The position numbers were made by a program, and so were the translations under genes. The notes beneath the pieces are model-generated. The model worked only from the letters and a program-made list of their open reading frames with translations, made no database searches and had not been told where the DNA came from. Positions 36,667 to 46,461 of a DNA stretch of 48,653 nucleotides are shown here, piece after piece. Within the stretch, counting starts at the first letter, position 1; the number at the start of each line of letters is the position of its first letter. This DNA is from an uncultured archaeon (GTDB lineage: Archaea; Altiarchaeota; Altiarchaeia; IMC4; SCGC-AAA252-I15), in the NCBI GenBank assembly GCA_902384455.1, contig CABMCB010000072.1, positions 1 through 48,653 of the forward strand, written 5' to 3'.

Positions 36667-38430
36667 ATGCCAGCTCCCGCCACCCCCTATGTAAAAGGCT
36701 CGACAAACACCTCATCACCCCTCCTAGAACCCAAAGAAATAGAACCAATAGAAAAAAACCTCTTCACCAGAGTCTGGCTCACCCGATTCAGACCATTCGG
36801 CGTAGACGCCCAGCCCATAGTGGAGCCGGCTGAAGCTGCCTTAAGAGGACATTCACCCGCAGAAGTAATCACCATAAAAGACTTAGGCCAATGGGACTCC
36901 CCCCTGTTAACCGACAGAAACCAGCTGAAAGCGGGCATTATAGGCGTAGAAGTCAAAACTAGAGAGCAACTTGAACTGGAAGAAGTCCTCCTAGACCGAC
37001 AGTCGACAATAAGCGAACGATTCACCGCCCTAAAAGGCCTCATGACTCTCGTCGAAGAAGGAAAGATAGTCCCACCAAAACCCATCCCAGAAAGCAACAA
37101 CCACATACACACATGGGCCTCATTCAGCCCCTACTCGCCTGCGGCCGCAGTCTGGGCGTCATACCTTGCAGGCCTAGAAGTCACTGGAATAATAGACCAC
37201 GACACAATCGCAGGAAACTACGAATTCATGGAGGCGGCGCGAATCTGCAAAATCAAGGCCACAAACGGATTCGAGTTGCGCACCAACGCAGGAGACGACC
37301 CCGAACTTAAGGGGCTAGTATGGAACTACCCCGGAATGCCGGGGGTAATCTACTTCCTCGCCCACGCCATACCTGAAGGCCGCCTAAGCGAATTCCAGAC
37401 TGAAATAATAGACGGCATACACGAAGCCAAAGACCGCCGAAACCGCACTATGATCGAAGGCGGAGTGTTCAGAGGCCTATACGACGGAGTGGAGCGGGAC
37501 ATAGAATGCAAGGGCGTAAACGGCCTGCTTACTGAAATGGGCGCTGGATTCACAATAGACTACGACAGAGACGTAGTGCCCCTGACATTCAAAGAAGGCG
37601 ACAGCAGTGAGCACACGGAAAACTCCACAGACCGCCACATCATGCTTGCTGTAGCCCGGAAAATAAACGAAAACGTGCCCCCCGAAGCAAGAGCAGAATT
37701 CTTAACGCGGCTGTTCGGAAGGCCCCTGTCCGATAAGGAAGTGAAAATGATGGGCAACGAAGAGGACTTCAAAGACCTGCTTAGGGCCGGACTACTCAAG
37801 CCGAAAAGCGAAAAAACGCCTAACTCCGTCCTAATAAACCCCGACGAAAGGGAATGCCCCAACATAAAGGAAGTCTCCGCAAAAATCAAGAAACTCGGCG
37901 GCATACCCGTCTACGCATACCTAGGCGACCCCACATGCCAGGAAGAACAAAACCTAGAGAAAATAGTCCAATACCTCGCAGACTCCGGAGTCGAAGGCAT
38001 AGCACTAATGCCCCACAGAAACACCCCAGAACAAATAGAACGCATCTCAAAACTAGCAAACAAATACGGACTACTAGTAATATCCGGCGTAGACATAAAC
38101 CGCCCAGAACAACCACTAATACACCACCGCGCCAAAGCCGAAGACTACCCAGAATTCAGAACCGCAGCAAACGCCATGATAGGCCACGAAAGAATGAGCG
38201 TATTTGGGGACTGCGGCTTCCTAAGCGACACACTAGCAACAGCCATCCCAGACCGCGTCCAACGGCTGCAATTCCTCGCCAAAGTAGGCCGCCTAAAAGG
38301 AATAAGCGAAGACTCAATACACGCGCTCTCAAGCAAACCCCCCGAAGAAGTCATAAGACTGATAGACGCAGGCCTAAGAGAGTTAGGCGATGCCAGACTA
38401 TACGACGCGGAATTAAGAGTTGCCGCCTAA
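36667..38430 (+). CDS. PHP-domain metallophosphoesterase with N-terminal extension
   Basis: NNHIHT.ASFSPYSP, GIIDHDT, GFE, RH, YAYLGD, SGVDIN. Confidence 0.75.
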   Translation: MPAPATPYVKGSTNTSSPLLEPKEIEPIEKNLFTRVWLTRFRPFGVDAQPIVEPAEAALRGHSPAEVITIKDLGQWDSPLLTDRNQLKAGIIGVEVKTREQLELEEVLLDRQSTISERFTALKGLMTLVEEGKIVPPKPIPESNNHIHTWASFSPYSPAAAVWASYLAGLEVTGIIDHDTIAGNYEFMEAARICKIKATNGFELRTNAGDDPELKGLVWNYPGMPGVIYFLAHAIPEGRLSEFQTEIIDGIHEAKDRRNRTMIEGGVFRGLYDGVERDIECKGVNGLLTEMGAGFTIDYDRDVVPLTFKEGDSSEHTENSTDRHIMLAVARKINENVPPEARAEFLTRLFGRPLSDKEVKMMGNEEDFKDLLRAGLLKPKSEKTPNSVLINPDERECPNIKEVSAKIKKLGGIPVYAYLGDPTCQEEQNLEKIVQYLADSGVEGIALMPHRNTPEQIERISKLANKYGLLVISGVDINRPEQPLIHHRAKAEDYPEFRTAANAMIGHERMSVFGDCGFLSDTLATAIPDRVQRLQFLAKVGRLKGISEDSIHALSSKPPEEVIRLIDAGLRELGDARLYDAELRVAA

Positions 38431-38438
38431 AAACCCCT

Positions 38439-39026
38439 CTACTGCGTGAAGTTGAAATCCACTTTAGGCGCGTTTTCAGCTCCTGTAGACGCTTCAAAGT
38501 AAGCGTGGGGCCCTAGTCCTGCGATTCCTGCGACGAAGCTTGCGGGGAAAGTGCGTATTTTGGCGTTATACTCCCGTGCGGCGTCGTTGTACCTCATCCT
38601 TTCGACGCTGATTCGGTTTTCAGTCCCTGAAAGCTCATCCTGCAATCTAAGGAACTGCTGGTCAGACTTCAAGTTAGGATAATTCTCCGCGACAAGAAGA
38701 AGCCGCGCGATGGCGCCGTCAAGGCCGTTTGCCGCGTTGACTTTTTCGTCCACCGTCTTGGCGTTCTGCCACTGGCTTCTTAACGCGGTAACCTCAGTGA
38801 GCGTAGATTTCTCGAAGTCTGCGTAACCTTGGGCTACGGAAACAAGATTGGGAATCAAGTCCGCCCTCCTCTGATAAACCACTTCGACCTGCTGCCACTG
38901 CGCCTTTACTCCTTCATCCATATTCACAAGAGTGTTGTACGTGCTCCAAACGTAAAGCAGCGGAATGAAAGCGAAAACAAACAAGACTGCGACAACGCCC
39001 AAAATAACCAAAACCTTATTATCCAT
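38439..39026 (-). CDS. lemA: LemA family protein
   Basis: YNTLV, YQRRADLIPNLV, ENYPNLKS, ELSGTENRI..ER.RYN; ATG at 39026. Confidence 0.92.
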   Translation of the reverse strand: MDNKVLVILGVVAVLFVFAFIPLLYVWSTYNTLVNMDEGVKAQWQQVEVVYQRRADLIPNLVSVAQGYADFEKSTLTEVTALRSQWQNAKTVDEKVNAANGLDGAIARLLLVAENYPNLKSDQQFLRLQDELSGTENRISVERMRYNDAAREYNAKIRTFPASFVAGIAGLGPHAYFEASTGAENAPKVDFNFTQ

Positions 39027-39060
39027 GCTACAAAATGAGGCACAGGAAGTATTTAAGCCG

Positions 39061-39279
39061 CTACCACCTGCCGCCTGCTCCTCCCCCTCCGCTGCGACCA
39101 CCTCCAAAGGCGCGGCCGCCGCTTACTGCCCTATTTTTTCCTCCGACCCACTGGCGCATTAATGCGATTAATGTCAGTGCTGCGATTCCTACGGAAAGAA
39201 TCTGCCAGTCGTCTATAAAATAAGCCCAAATGACTGTTACTGCGGCGCAAATCAGAAGAAATGAAGTGGGCCTCACCAT
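39061..39279 (-). CDS. Small 2-TM protein with Gly-rich tail
   Basis: 72 aa, overlaps the TPM gene stop; ends FGGGRSGGGGAGGRW. Confidence 0.6.
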   Translation of the reverse strand: MVRPTSFLLICAAVTVIWAYFIDDWQILSVGIAALTLIALMRQWVGGKNRAVSGGRAFGGGRSGGGGAGGRW

Positions 39280-40013
39280 CTGCCGCTTGCTCCTCCCCCG
39301 CCGCTATGTCCTCCCCCGAATCCGCCAAATCCGCCTCCTCCGAAACCTCCGCTGCTTCTTCCGCCGCCGAATCCTCCATTACGGATTATTCCTCCGCCAG
39401 GTCCTCCGCCGTATTTGATTGAGAGGAAGATTATCAAAAAGACTACTCCGAATATTACGAGTATGACGATAATCGTAATTACGACATCTGTCGTTGTTTC
39501 AGGAGACTCCTCCAATCCGACCTCAGGCGTGCCCTCCCCTGATACATACGCCTGAATCTGCTGCGCAGCGCCTCTAAAGCCGCCGTAATAGTCGCCTCCC
39601 TTAAAGGCCGGCGCAATAACCTGCCTTATGATGTCGCCCGCGCGGGCGTCGGTTACGACCGGTTCTAGGCCGTATCCTACTTCTATTCTGACTTGTCTGT
39701 CTGTTATTGAGGCGAGTATTAGGATTCCGTTGTCTTTCTTTTTTTCTCCTATGCCCCATTTTTCGAAGAGTTTGACTGCTGCTGTTTCTATTGTTTCCGT
39801 GGGCGGTAGCTCTTTTATGGTGACTATTGCTATTTGGGTTCCGTTGTTGTCTTTTATTGATGTTAGGTATTGTTCTAGGTCGTTTCTTTGTTGGGGCGTC
39901 ATGACTTGGGCGTAGTCGTTGACGTATCCCGTCGGAGTCAGGATTTTTATGTCTTCGGCGCTTGCGTAGGATGCCAGAATAAGCAGTACTGTCAGGGCTG
40001 CGAGTTTCTTCAC
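39273..40013 (-). CDS. TPM-domain (YgcG/MOLO-1) membrane protein
   Basis: YVNDYA, QIAIVT, WGIG.K..DNGIL, RIEVGYGLE, Gly-rich tail GGGGASGRW; probable GTG start at 40013. Confidence 0.88.
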   Translation of the reverse strand: MKKLAALTVLLILASYASAEDIKILTPTGYVNDYAQVMTPQQRNDLEQYLTSIKDNNGTQIAIVTIKELPPTETIETAAVKLFEKWGIGEKKKDNGILILASITDRQVRIEVGYGLEPVVTDARAGDIIRQVIAPAFKGGDYYGGFRGAAQQIQAYVSGEGTPEVGLEESPETTTDVVITIIVILVIFGVVFLIIFLSIKYGGGPGGGIIRNGGFGGGRSSGGFGGGGFGGFGGGHSGGGGASGRW

Positions 40014-40204
40014 GTTTAATTGATTGTTGATGGGGGTTAATATCAATGCTTTTTTCTGGTTGTGTCATGGATCGTATGGTCTGCCGCTTGCGGTAAACGT
40101 CTATCTGGCGTGCAATACGGCGCAGTAAGGCCTTTTTCTTTGGCGCTTTTGCTTGGTTTGCTTGTCTTGTCTGCTACCTTTTTGGTGTGGAAAAAGAGAA
40201 ACTA

Positions 40205-40241
40205 TTTAAAGAGTCATGACTAACTTGATAATAGTCATGAC
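40205..40241 (+). promoter_or_regulatory. TATA box plus inverted-repeat operator at the wHTH gene start
   Basis: TTTAAA (40205-40210); GTCATGACTA-N9-TAGTCATGAC (40213-40241), i.e. GTCATGAC twice at 21-bp spacing. Confidence 0.65.
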
Positions 40242-40770
40242 AGATGTGATTCGCCCCCCTGTATCAGACACAGAAACATTCGACCACGCATACACAAACA
40301 TACTTGAAACGCCGGAAATAAAAGCCGTCGAAAGCATATTCAAAAGCAAAACACCCGAAGAATCATTCCGCGCCGCGCTAACCCTCGCCGCAGCATTCAC
40401 CCAAATAAACGAAAACTCCCGAAAAAACAACCTCGTATTCAGGCAAATAAACGCCAAACTAGACCGCCTCCAACTGCTTTCTGAAAAAATCGACACGCTC
40501 AACGAACAACTCTCAGAAATCACCGAAAGACTCGACGCAATAGAAGCAGCCGCACCCCGCGAACACAACAGTCCGGAACTGTCAGAGCGCGACATGGAAG
40601 TCCTCGATTACGTAAAATCAAACAAAAGAGTCTGCGCCGAGGACCTGCAAGAAAAATTCGAATACAAAGGCAGAAACGCCGCAAGCGCGCGCCTACACAA
40701 ACTATTCCGCGAAAACAAGCTGGAAAAAGTATACTCCGGCAGGAAAGTTTACTACCAAATCAAGGAATAA
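40237..40770 (+). CDS. Coiled-coil protein with C-terminal winged-helix DNA-binding domain
   Basis: Heptads LDRLQLLSEKIDTLNEQLSEITERLD; LSERDMEVLDYV...NAASARLHKLFRENKLEKVYSGRKVYY; ATG at 40237 (alternative 40216). Confidence 0.8.
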   Translation: MTDVIRPPVSDTETFDHAYTNILETPEIKAVESIFKSKTPEESFRAALTLAAAFTQINENSRKNNLVFRQINAKLDRLQLLSEKIDTLNEQLSEITERLDAIEAAAPREHNSPELSERDMEVLDYVKSNKRVCAEDLQEKFEYKGRNAASARLHKLFRENKLEKVYSGRKVYYQIKE

Positions 40771-40798
40771 GAATCAGTACATCACCCCAACCACCCCC

Positions 40799-41037
40799 CC
40801 ACCCCCAGCCGGCCCCCACTGGCTGGGGGTGGACATGCTAACCCACAAGCGCTAAACGCAAAAAGCGGGAAGCGCTATAGACCCACCACCCAATACACCC
40901 ACCCGCGGGCTAAAAATCGCGGGTGGTCATGCTCGCCACAAAAAAGGAGGACGAAGGCGAGAGTTCCTCGCCGCGTCAAAAAAGACGCGGTAATCAGCCA
41001 ATCACCCGCGCCCCCGCCAAAAAGCGGGGGTGCTGGG
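40799..41037. other. Intergenic array of GC-rich hairpins (candidate structured RNA or cis element)
   Basis: At least six stems, most with A5-6 loops; repeated GGGTGGWCATGCT..CCACAA at 40827 and 40921. Confidence 0.5.
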
Positions 41038-41043
41038 AAAAAC

Positions 41044-41724
41044 CTACTTCTTCGCTTTAATTAATTCGGATATCCGCACCGTCTTTTCCTTAAGAAGCTC
41101 CTTTAGGTTGGTCCTGTAGTTCTCCTTCGCGTACCCCCACTTGAGTTGGTCGCGTCTTTTCTCCATTATCTTGCTGAAGTCAAACCCTCCGTACTCCCAC
41201 GGATGGATGAAAAACACTTTATTCTCAGGCCTTGGGAAATGGCGGATTCTATTAAACCAGGAGTTGCTGAACCCAAACAGTTTGCCGCCGGAATATATCG
41301 GCGCCTCCTCTATGACATGCGGCTGCTTGTGATAAAACACGACGCTGCTGTCGTACTCGAAAATGCGTCGGACGCTGTCCAACACCATGTTGTTGACGCG
41401 CGCATAAGGCGCCCTGAACCCGCTGGGCTTGATTCCATGCTCATTGAAAGCCTCCATCGCCTCAACGAGCTCGTGGTACACCTGCAAGTCCCTAAGTTCA
41501 GTCAAATCAATGTGCCTAAATCCGTGGCAGCCGATTTCGAATCCCTTAAGTAAGTCTAATACTTCGGGTTTTTTGTCAAGAAGCTCCCCCGTAACGAAAA
41601 ATGTCGCGTCGGCGTTCGCCTCCCGGATGTCCGCCACGAGGGCTGTAAGCCCCTCGCCCAATCCATCTAACGACTCATAGTGCGGAGGAAAATCAGGTTC
41701 GACATCGACTGACAAAGCAATCAT
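41044..41724 (-). CDS. Polysaccharide deacetylase (CE4/NodB)
   Basis: SVDVE, ATFFV, EIGCHGFRH, GFRAP, YDSS, HPWE. Confidence 0.85.
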   Translation of the reverse strand: MIALSVDVEPDFPPHYESLDGLGEGLTALVADIREANADATFFVTGELLDKKPEVLDLLKGFEIGCHGFRHIDLTELRDLQVYHELVEAMEAFNEHGIKPSGFRAPYARVNNMVLDSVRRIFEYDSSVVFYHKQPHVIEEAPIYSGGKLFGFSNSWFNRIRHFPRPENKVFFIHPWEYGGFDFSKIMEKRRDQLKWGYAKENYRTNLKELLKEKTVRISELIKAKK

Positions 41725-41749
41725 CAAAAACAATTATGTACGGCCGGAT

Positions 41750-42979
41750 TTAAACGAGTTGCTCAACGAACCAGCGGGGGTCGAATGGCTTCAGGTCGTC
41801 GTACGTCTGGCCTACTCCGACGTATATGATGGGTTTTTTGGTTTCGTGTGCGATGCTTATGGCGCATCCTCCGTTGGCGTCGGCGTCCATTTTGGTGAGT
41901 ATGACTGCGTCTATTCCTACTGCTTGGTGGAACTCCCGGGCTTGTTGTACTGCGTCGTTTCCTGTTAGTGCGTCGCCTATGAATATTTTGAGGTCGGGTT
42001 TGTTTACGCGCACTATCTTCTTGAGTTCGTCCATCAGGTTTATGTTTGTTTGAATTCGGCCTGCGCTGTCGGCGAGTACTACGTCTATTTGGCGTGCTTT
42101 GGCGTGTTCTATTGCGTCGTATATTACTGCTGCGGCGTCGCTTCCTTTTTTGTGGGCGACTACCGGGGCGCCGACTCTGTCTGCGTGTTCCTTGAGTTGT
42201 TCTATTGCGCCTGCGCGGAACGTGTCTCCTGCGGCGAACACTACTTTGAGTTTGTGGTTCATCAGGTGGCGTGCGACTTTAGCCATCGTGGTTGTTTTTC
42301 CTGTTCCGTTTACTCCGATGAAAAGTATTTTGTATGGTTTGTTTGCGGCGTTGATTTCTGAAAGGAGGTTTATGGGTTTGTCCGGCGTCAGAGTTGTGAG
42401 TAAGACTTCTTTGAGGGTTTCGCGGACGCTTGCTGCGACGTCGTCTGAAGGCAAGTCGGTGGATAGCAGCCTGTTCTTTATTTCCCCGGTTATGTAGTCT
42501 GCGGTTTCCACCGCGATGTCTGACTGAAGCAGGTCAAGTTGAAGCTGCCAAATAAGGTCCTCTACCTCGCCTTCGGAAAGCCGAACTTTGCGGGTGAAAA
42601 GCGACTTGACTTTGCTTACCGCCGACAGCCTGGGTGCCGCGGACGCCTTCTCCTTCTTCTGCGCTTCCACCGCCGCGCGGCTGACTGTGACTTCAGCCTC
42701 AACGGTTTCCTCTTCAACTACGACTTCAGGCAAAGCCTTAATCGGCTCCCTCTTAGTCGGATGATGTATGGCGGAGTCTTTTTTTCCGGCGGCCGCAACC
42801 TTTTGCGTCGCCTCAACTTTGTGGGGGGCTGTTTCGTCTTTTTTCTCGGTTGAATGAGTTGATGCTTCAGGCGGCTGCTTTTCTTCCTCCTGTACTACCC
42901 CCTCGTCTGGGACTGATTGAGCTACTTCTTCGCTTCGCCCTATGAATTCAGCAAGCCGTTTCTTGAGTGCTCCAAACAT
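41750..42979 (-). CDS. ftsY: SRP receptor FtsY
   Basis: GVNGTGKTT, DTFRAGA, DSAGR, TKMD, GVGQ; ATG at 42979 (MFGALKK). Confidence 0.93.
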   Translation of the reverse strand: MFGALKKRLAEFIGRSEEVAQSVPDEGVVQEEEKQPPEASTHSTEKKDETAPHKVEATQKVAAAGKKDSAIHHPTKREPIKALPEVVVEEETVEAEVTVSRAAVEAQKKEKASAAPRLSAVSKVKSLFTRKVRLSEGEVEDLIWQLQLDLLQSDIAVETADYITGEIKNRLLSTDLPSDDVAASVRETLKEVLLTTLTPDKPINLLSEINAANKPYKILFIGVNGTGKTTTMAKVARHLMNHKLKVVFAAGDTFRAGAIEQLKEHADRVGAPVVAHKKGSDAAAVIYDAIEHAKARQIDVVLADSAGRIQTNINLMDELKKIVRVNKPDLKIFIGDALTGNDAVQQAREFHQAVGIDAVILTKMDADANGGCAISIAHETKKPIIYVGVGQTYDDLKPFDPRWFVEQLV

Positions 42980-42995
42980 GTTTGTAGAACAAAAA

Positions 42996-43436
42996 TTACT
43001 GTGCTCCCGAAGCCATCTCCTCAGCCCTCTGGTTGAGGCGGCCAAGTAAGGCGGCCATTTCGTCGGCTGTTTTGCTTAGTTTGTCTTGGGTTTTGTTAAG
43101 GGACTCTTTGCGTTTGGTGAGGAATGCTTGTGCGTCAGGCAGTTTCTTTTCCACTGATATTCTGGCTCCAACGCCTACAAGTATGTTTGTTGGGTCTGTG
43201 ACCGTCGCTTTTACGAAGCTGTCTGAGCCTAAAGGCACAAGTATTTCTGTTCCCTCCTTTGTTTCGGATAGTGCTTCAAGGGCTTTTTCCGTCTGAGCTA
43301 TCTGGTCGAGGGCTGCGGCCACCATCTGGAGTTGTTGTGTTGTCGCTTCCAGTTGGCGTCTTAGCATTTCGATTTGGATTACTGCTTCCTGCAGTTGTTT
43401 TGAGTCTTGTTGGTTTTGGGGTTTGTTTTCTTTCAT
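42996..43436 (-). CDS. pfdA: Prefoldin alpha subunit
   Basis: Coiled coils flanking EILVPLGSDSFVKA...ILVGVGARISVEK; upstream of ftsY as in the archaeal norm. Confidence 0.9.
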   Translation of the reverse strand: MKENKPQNQQDSKQLQEAVIQIEMLRRQLEATTQQLQMVAAALDQIAQTEKALEALSETKEGTEILVPLGSDSFVKATVTDPTNILVGVGARISVEKKLPDAQAFLTKRKESLNKTQDKLSKTADEMAALLGRLNQRAEEMASGAQ

Positions 43437-44101
43437 CCTTTGTTGTTTAGTGTTTCTACTACCTTGCCTTTGGCTATGAGTATTATGTCTGGTTGTCTTA
43501 CGCTGAATATGCCGTTTTCTAGTACGCCTGGTATGTTGTTTAGTTCGGTCTCAAGTTGCAGTGGGTCGGCGAAGTCGAGGTTTTTCACGTCGAGTATTAT
43601 GTTGCCGTTGTCTGTTGTGTATCCTTTTCTTTCGGTGACTTCTGCTTCTAGTTCTGTTAGTTCGCGCGTCACGTATTCTTTGGCGAATGATATGACTTCT
43701 ATTGGTAGCGGGTAGGCGCCTATTTTCGGTACTTGTTTGCTTGAGTCTATTATGCAGATGAATTGGTATGATGCGGAGGCGAGCACTTTTTCGCGGGTGA
43801 GGCATCCGCCTCCTCCTTTTATGAGGTTGAATTTCTTGTCAGCTTCGTCTGCGCCGTCCACGTATACGTCCAGTTCCTGCGCCTGCTGGAACGGTATGAC
43901 CTTGAGTTTCAGCGCCTTAGCCTTTTTCTCCGTGTCGCCGCCTGAGGCCACGCATACGACGTCTTTTTTGCTTTTGGCGAGGGCTTCTATGAAGTAGCCG
44001 GATGTGGTGCCGCTTCCCAAGCCGACTTTCATCCCGTCTTCTATGTATTTGAGTGCTGCTTCTGCAGCCGCCTTCTTTTCTGATTCCTGCTGCTGGGCCA
44101 T
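43433..44101 (-). CDS. rpiA: Ribose-5-phosphate isomerase A
   Basis: GLGSGTT, DGADE, IKGGGG..REK, TDNGN, PGVLENG. Confidence 0.93.
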   Translation of the reverse strand: MAQQQESEKKAAAEAALKYIEDGMKVGLGSGTTSGYFIEALAKSKKDVVCVASGGDTEKKAKALKLKVIPFQQAQELDVYVDGADEADKKFNLIKGGGGCLTREKVLASASYQFICIIDSSKQVPKIGAYPLPIEVISFAKEYVTRELTELEAEVTERKGYTTDNGNIILDVKNLDFADPLQLETELNNIPGVLENGIFSVRQPDIILIAKGKVVETLNNKG

Positions 44102-44212
44102 TGTGGGTTAGAAGATGGGGGCATTGCTTATAAAAACAGAGGAACGGTTTTCACTCCGGTTTTTAACATCAACGCCAATAACAATTCAGGCCTCTTTGAG
44201 GTGGTTTTTGAT

Positions 44213-44440
44213 ATGAAAGCTAATGTTGGAACAATTGACCGTGTTGCGCGGATTATACTGGGTTTTGCGTTAATCGCATTTGGCGTTCGCCAAGGCGGCA
44301 CATTAGGCCTTCTTTTGGAGGTTGTTGGTGTTGTGTTTCTTTTTACGGCAATAACCGCGTACTGTCTGCTGTATCAGTTGTTGGGTATATGTACTTGCCC
44401 TAAGGAGGCTGGTGCGAAGAAGCCTGCTGCGAAGAAGTAG
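44213..44440 (+). CDS. DUF2892 (YgaP-like) membrane protein
   Basis: MKANVGTIDR..RI..G...YCLLYQLLGICTC. Confidence 0.85.
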   Translation: MKANVGTIDRVARIILGFALIAFGVRQGGTLGLLLEVVGVVFLFTAITAYCLLYQLLGICTCPKEAGAKKPAAKK

Positions 44441-44478
44441 CGGGGTTCAAGAAGGGGCCGAAGTTGTTGTTTTAAGGT

Positions 44479-46386
44479 TTATCCGACGAACTTCGGTCTT
44501 TTTGATAGCAGTAGTGGTAGTGGGAGTTTTTTTGTTGGTTTGCCTTCGGTTTTTTGGTGGATTTCTTGCGCGAGTTCTATGAGTGTTAGTGTGCGTTGTT
44601 CTTTTTCGCCTCTTATGCGTGCTTGGAATTTTTTGGTTTCCTTTTCTTTGTCGCCTATGACGAGTATGTAGGGTGCCCATTCGCGTTCCGCTTCTCTTAT
44701 GCGTCGTCCTACGCTTTCGTTTCTGTCGTCGACGTCGGCGCGGATTCCTTCTTTGTTGAGTGCTTCTGCGGCTTCGATTGCGGTTTCGTTGAAGTTTTCC
44801 GACAGCGGCAGTATCCTGACTTGCGTTGGGGCAAGCCATAGGGGGAGCGTTGGTGTTCCGCCTGCTTCTTGTGTGCGGTGGGCGTTTTCAAGCAGCGCGT
44901 ATATGAGGCGTTCTATGGCGCCGGATGGGCTGCAGTGTAGGACGAGGGGGTGTTTTTTGCTTCCGTCTTCTGCGACGTACGTCATGTCGTATCTTTCGCC
45001 GTTTTCCACGTCAATTTGGTCTGTGGATAAGGCGGATGCTTTGTCTAATGTGTCGACGAAGTTGAACTCATACTTCAGTACAAAGTAGAAGACGCGTTCC
45101 TTCCACATCTCAACTACAGCGGGCTTGCCCCATTCTCTCACCAGTTCGGTGAGGAACTCTTTGTGTTCGCTGTAGAAGTCTTCTGTGACTCGGATGGCGA
45201 GCTGCAGGCCGTCTCTATCTATTCCTGCTCCTTCTACTGTGTCGAGGCATAGTTTGAATCGTGTTTTGTATTCTGGTAGTGCCTGTTTTACGTCTGCGAC
45301 GAGCGCGTGGCAGTCTGGCATTGTGAATGCGCGCAGGCGGCGTAGGCCTGTTAGTTCGCCGCTTTTTTCTCGGCGGAAGCTGTAGCGTGTGAGTTCGTAG
45401 AATCGGAGGGGGAGTTGGCGGTAGCTTATGGTGGCGTCGTGTGCTATGAGGAATTGGCCGAAGCATGCGGCGAATCTTAGGAAGAATTTGCTGTCGTCTG
45501 AGAGTACTGTGTATTGTCGTGCGGGGAAGCGGTTGAGGTAGCTTTTGAGGCTTTTGTGGTTGAAGTCGTACATTATGGGTGTTTCGACTTCCATTCCTCC
45601 GTAGGCGACTATTTTTTCGCTGACGTATTGTTCTAGGAGGCTTTTGATGAATCGGCCTTTTGGGTAGTACCTTAGGTTTCCTGCGTCGCTTCCGGGTTCG
45701 TAGTCGACGAGTTCGAGGCGTTTCATTAGGGCGACGTGGGGTGGTTCGCGGTCTACGGCGCGCACCTTCTGTGTTTCGTATGTGGCAAGCTTTTTGAGTC
45801 CTATTTCCCCCTTGTAGTCGTAGTCGGCAAGGGGCGTTAGTTTTCCGTCCTGCGTGAGTATGTGCCAGGTGCTTTTGAGTTTCTCTTCTTTTTTGAGTGC
45901 TTCTGAGACGTCTTTTTCCTCGCCTTTCTTTTCTGCCCCCTCATTCTTTTCGCCTTCCGCGTCCGGCAGCAATGTGCGCGATAGCTCTGAAAGGGGGTGG
46001 CCCTTGCATTTTATCTCGAAGCTTTTGTACCAGCCGAACGGGGCGTAAATCGCTTTGTCGCCCCATTTCTCCTTAAGCAGAGCGTGCGCGTCAGAAAGGA
46101 TTTTCTGGGCCGTCTTCGGGTCTCCTAGGTTGCTTGATAGGTGGGCGTATGGGTAGAGGGCGACGTTTTTTGCGTCGACTTTCTGCGCCAGGGAATTAAC
46201 TTCATCCACAAGTTTCTTTGTGACGGATGCCGGATTCGTTTCGTCCACTTTTTCTACTGCGAAGAAGGCCACAAGCACGTCGTCTTCGACGCCTCCGGTC
46301 TTATCTCTTGTTTCCTCAGCGAAACTGCCGGCCTTCTTTTTGCTTTCGAATCGAAGGTAGTCGCTGTGGACGAGCAAAACGCGCAT
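44479..46386 (-). CDS. thrS: Threonyl-tRNA synthetase, archaeal type
   Basis: Archaeal editing domain MRVLLVHSD...YPYAHLSS...PFGWYK.F...CKGHPLSELSR; FAACFG, RAFTMPDCH. Confidence 0.95.
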   Translation of the reverse strand: MRVLLVHSDYLRFESKKKAGSFAEETRDKTGGVEDDVLVAFFAVEKVDETNPASVTKKLVDEVNSLAQKVDAKNVALYPYAHLSSNLGDPKTAQKILSDAHALLKEKWGDKAIYAPFGWYKSFEIKCKGHPLSELSRTLLPDAEGEKNEGAEKKGEEKDVSEALKKEEKLKSTWHILTQDGKLTPLADYDYKGEIGLKKLATYETQKVRAVDREPPHVALMKRLELVDYEPGSDAGNLRYYPKGRFIKSLLEQYVSEKIVAYGGMEVETPIMYDFNHKSLKSYLNRFPARQYTVLSDDSKFFLRFAACFGQFLIAHDATISYRQLPLRFYELTRYSFRREKSGELTGLRRLRAFTMPDCHALVADVKQALPEYKTRFKLCLDTVEGAGIDRDGLQLAIRVTEDFYSEHKEFLTELVREWGKPAVVEMWKERVFYFVLKYEFNFVDTLDKASALSTDQIDVENGERYDMTYVAEDGSKKHPLVLHCSPSGAIERLIYALLENAHRTQEAGGTPTLPLWLAPTQVRILPLSENFNETAIEAAEALNKEGIRADVDDRNESVGRRIREAEREWAPYILVIGDKEKETKKFQARIRGEKEQRTLTLIELAQEIHQKTEGKPTKKLPLPLLLSKRPKFVG

Positions 46387-46461
46387 GGTAAGAACGAGGA
46401 GGAACGGGCTTAAATCTTGCGTGCGCCCGTTTAATTTGTTATACGCCCTAAGTATGAGTCG

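Noticed and set aside
40771-41043. SRP RNA or RNase P RNA (about 300 nt, GC-rich, near ftsY)
   Set aside because: No SRP helix-8 CAGG..GGAA..AGCAG motif and no RNase P GAGGAAAGUCC motif on either strand
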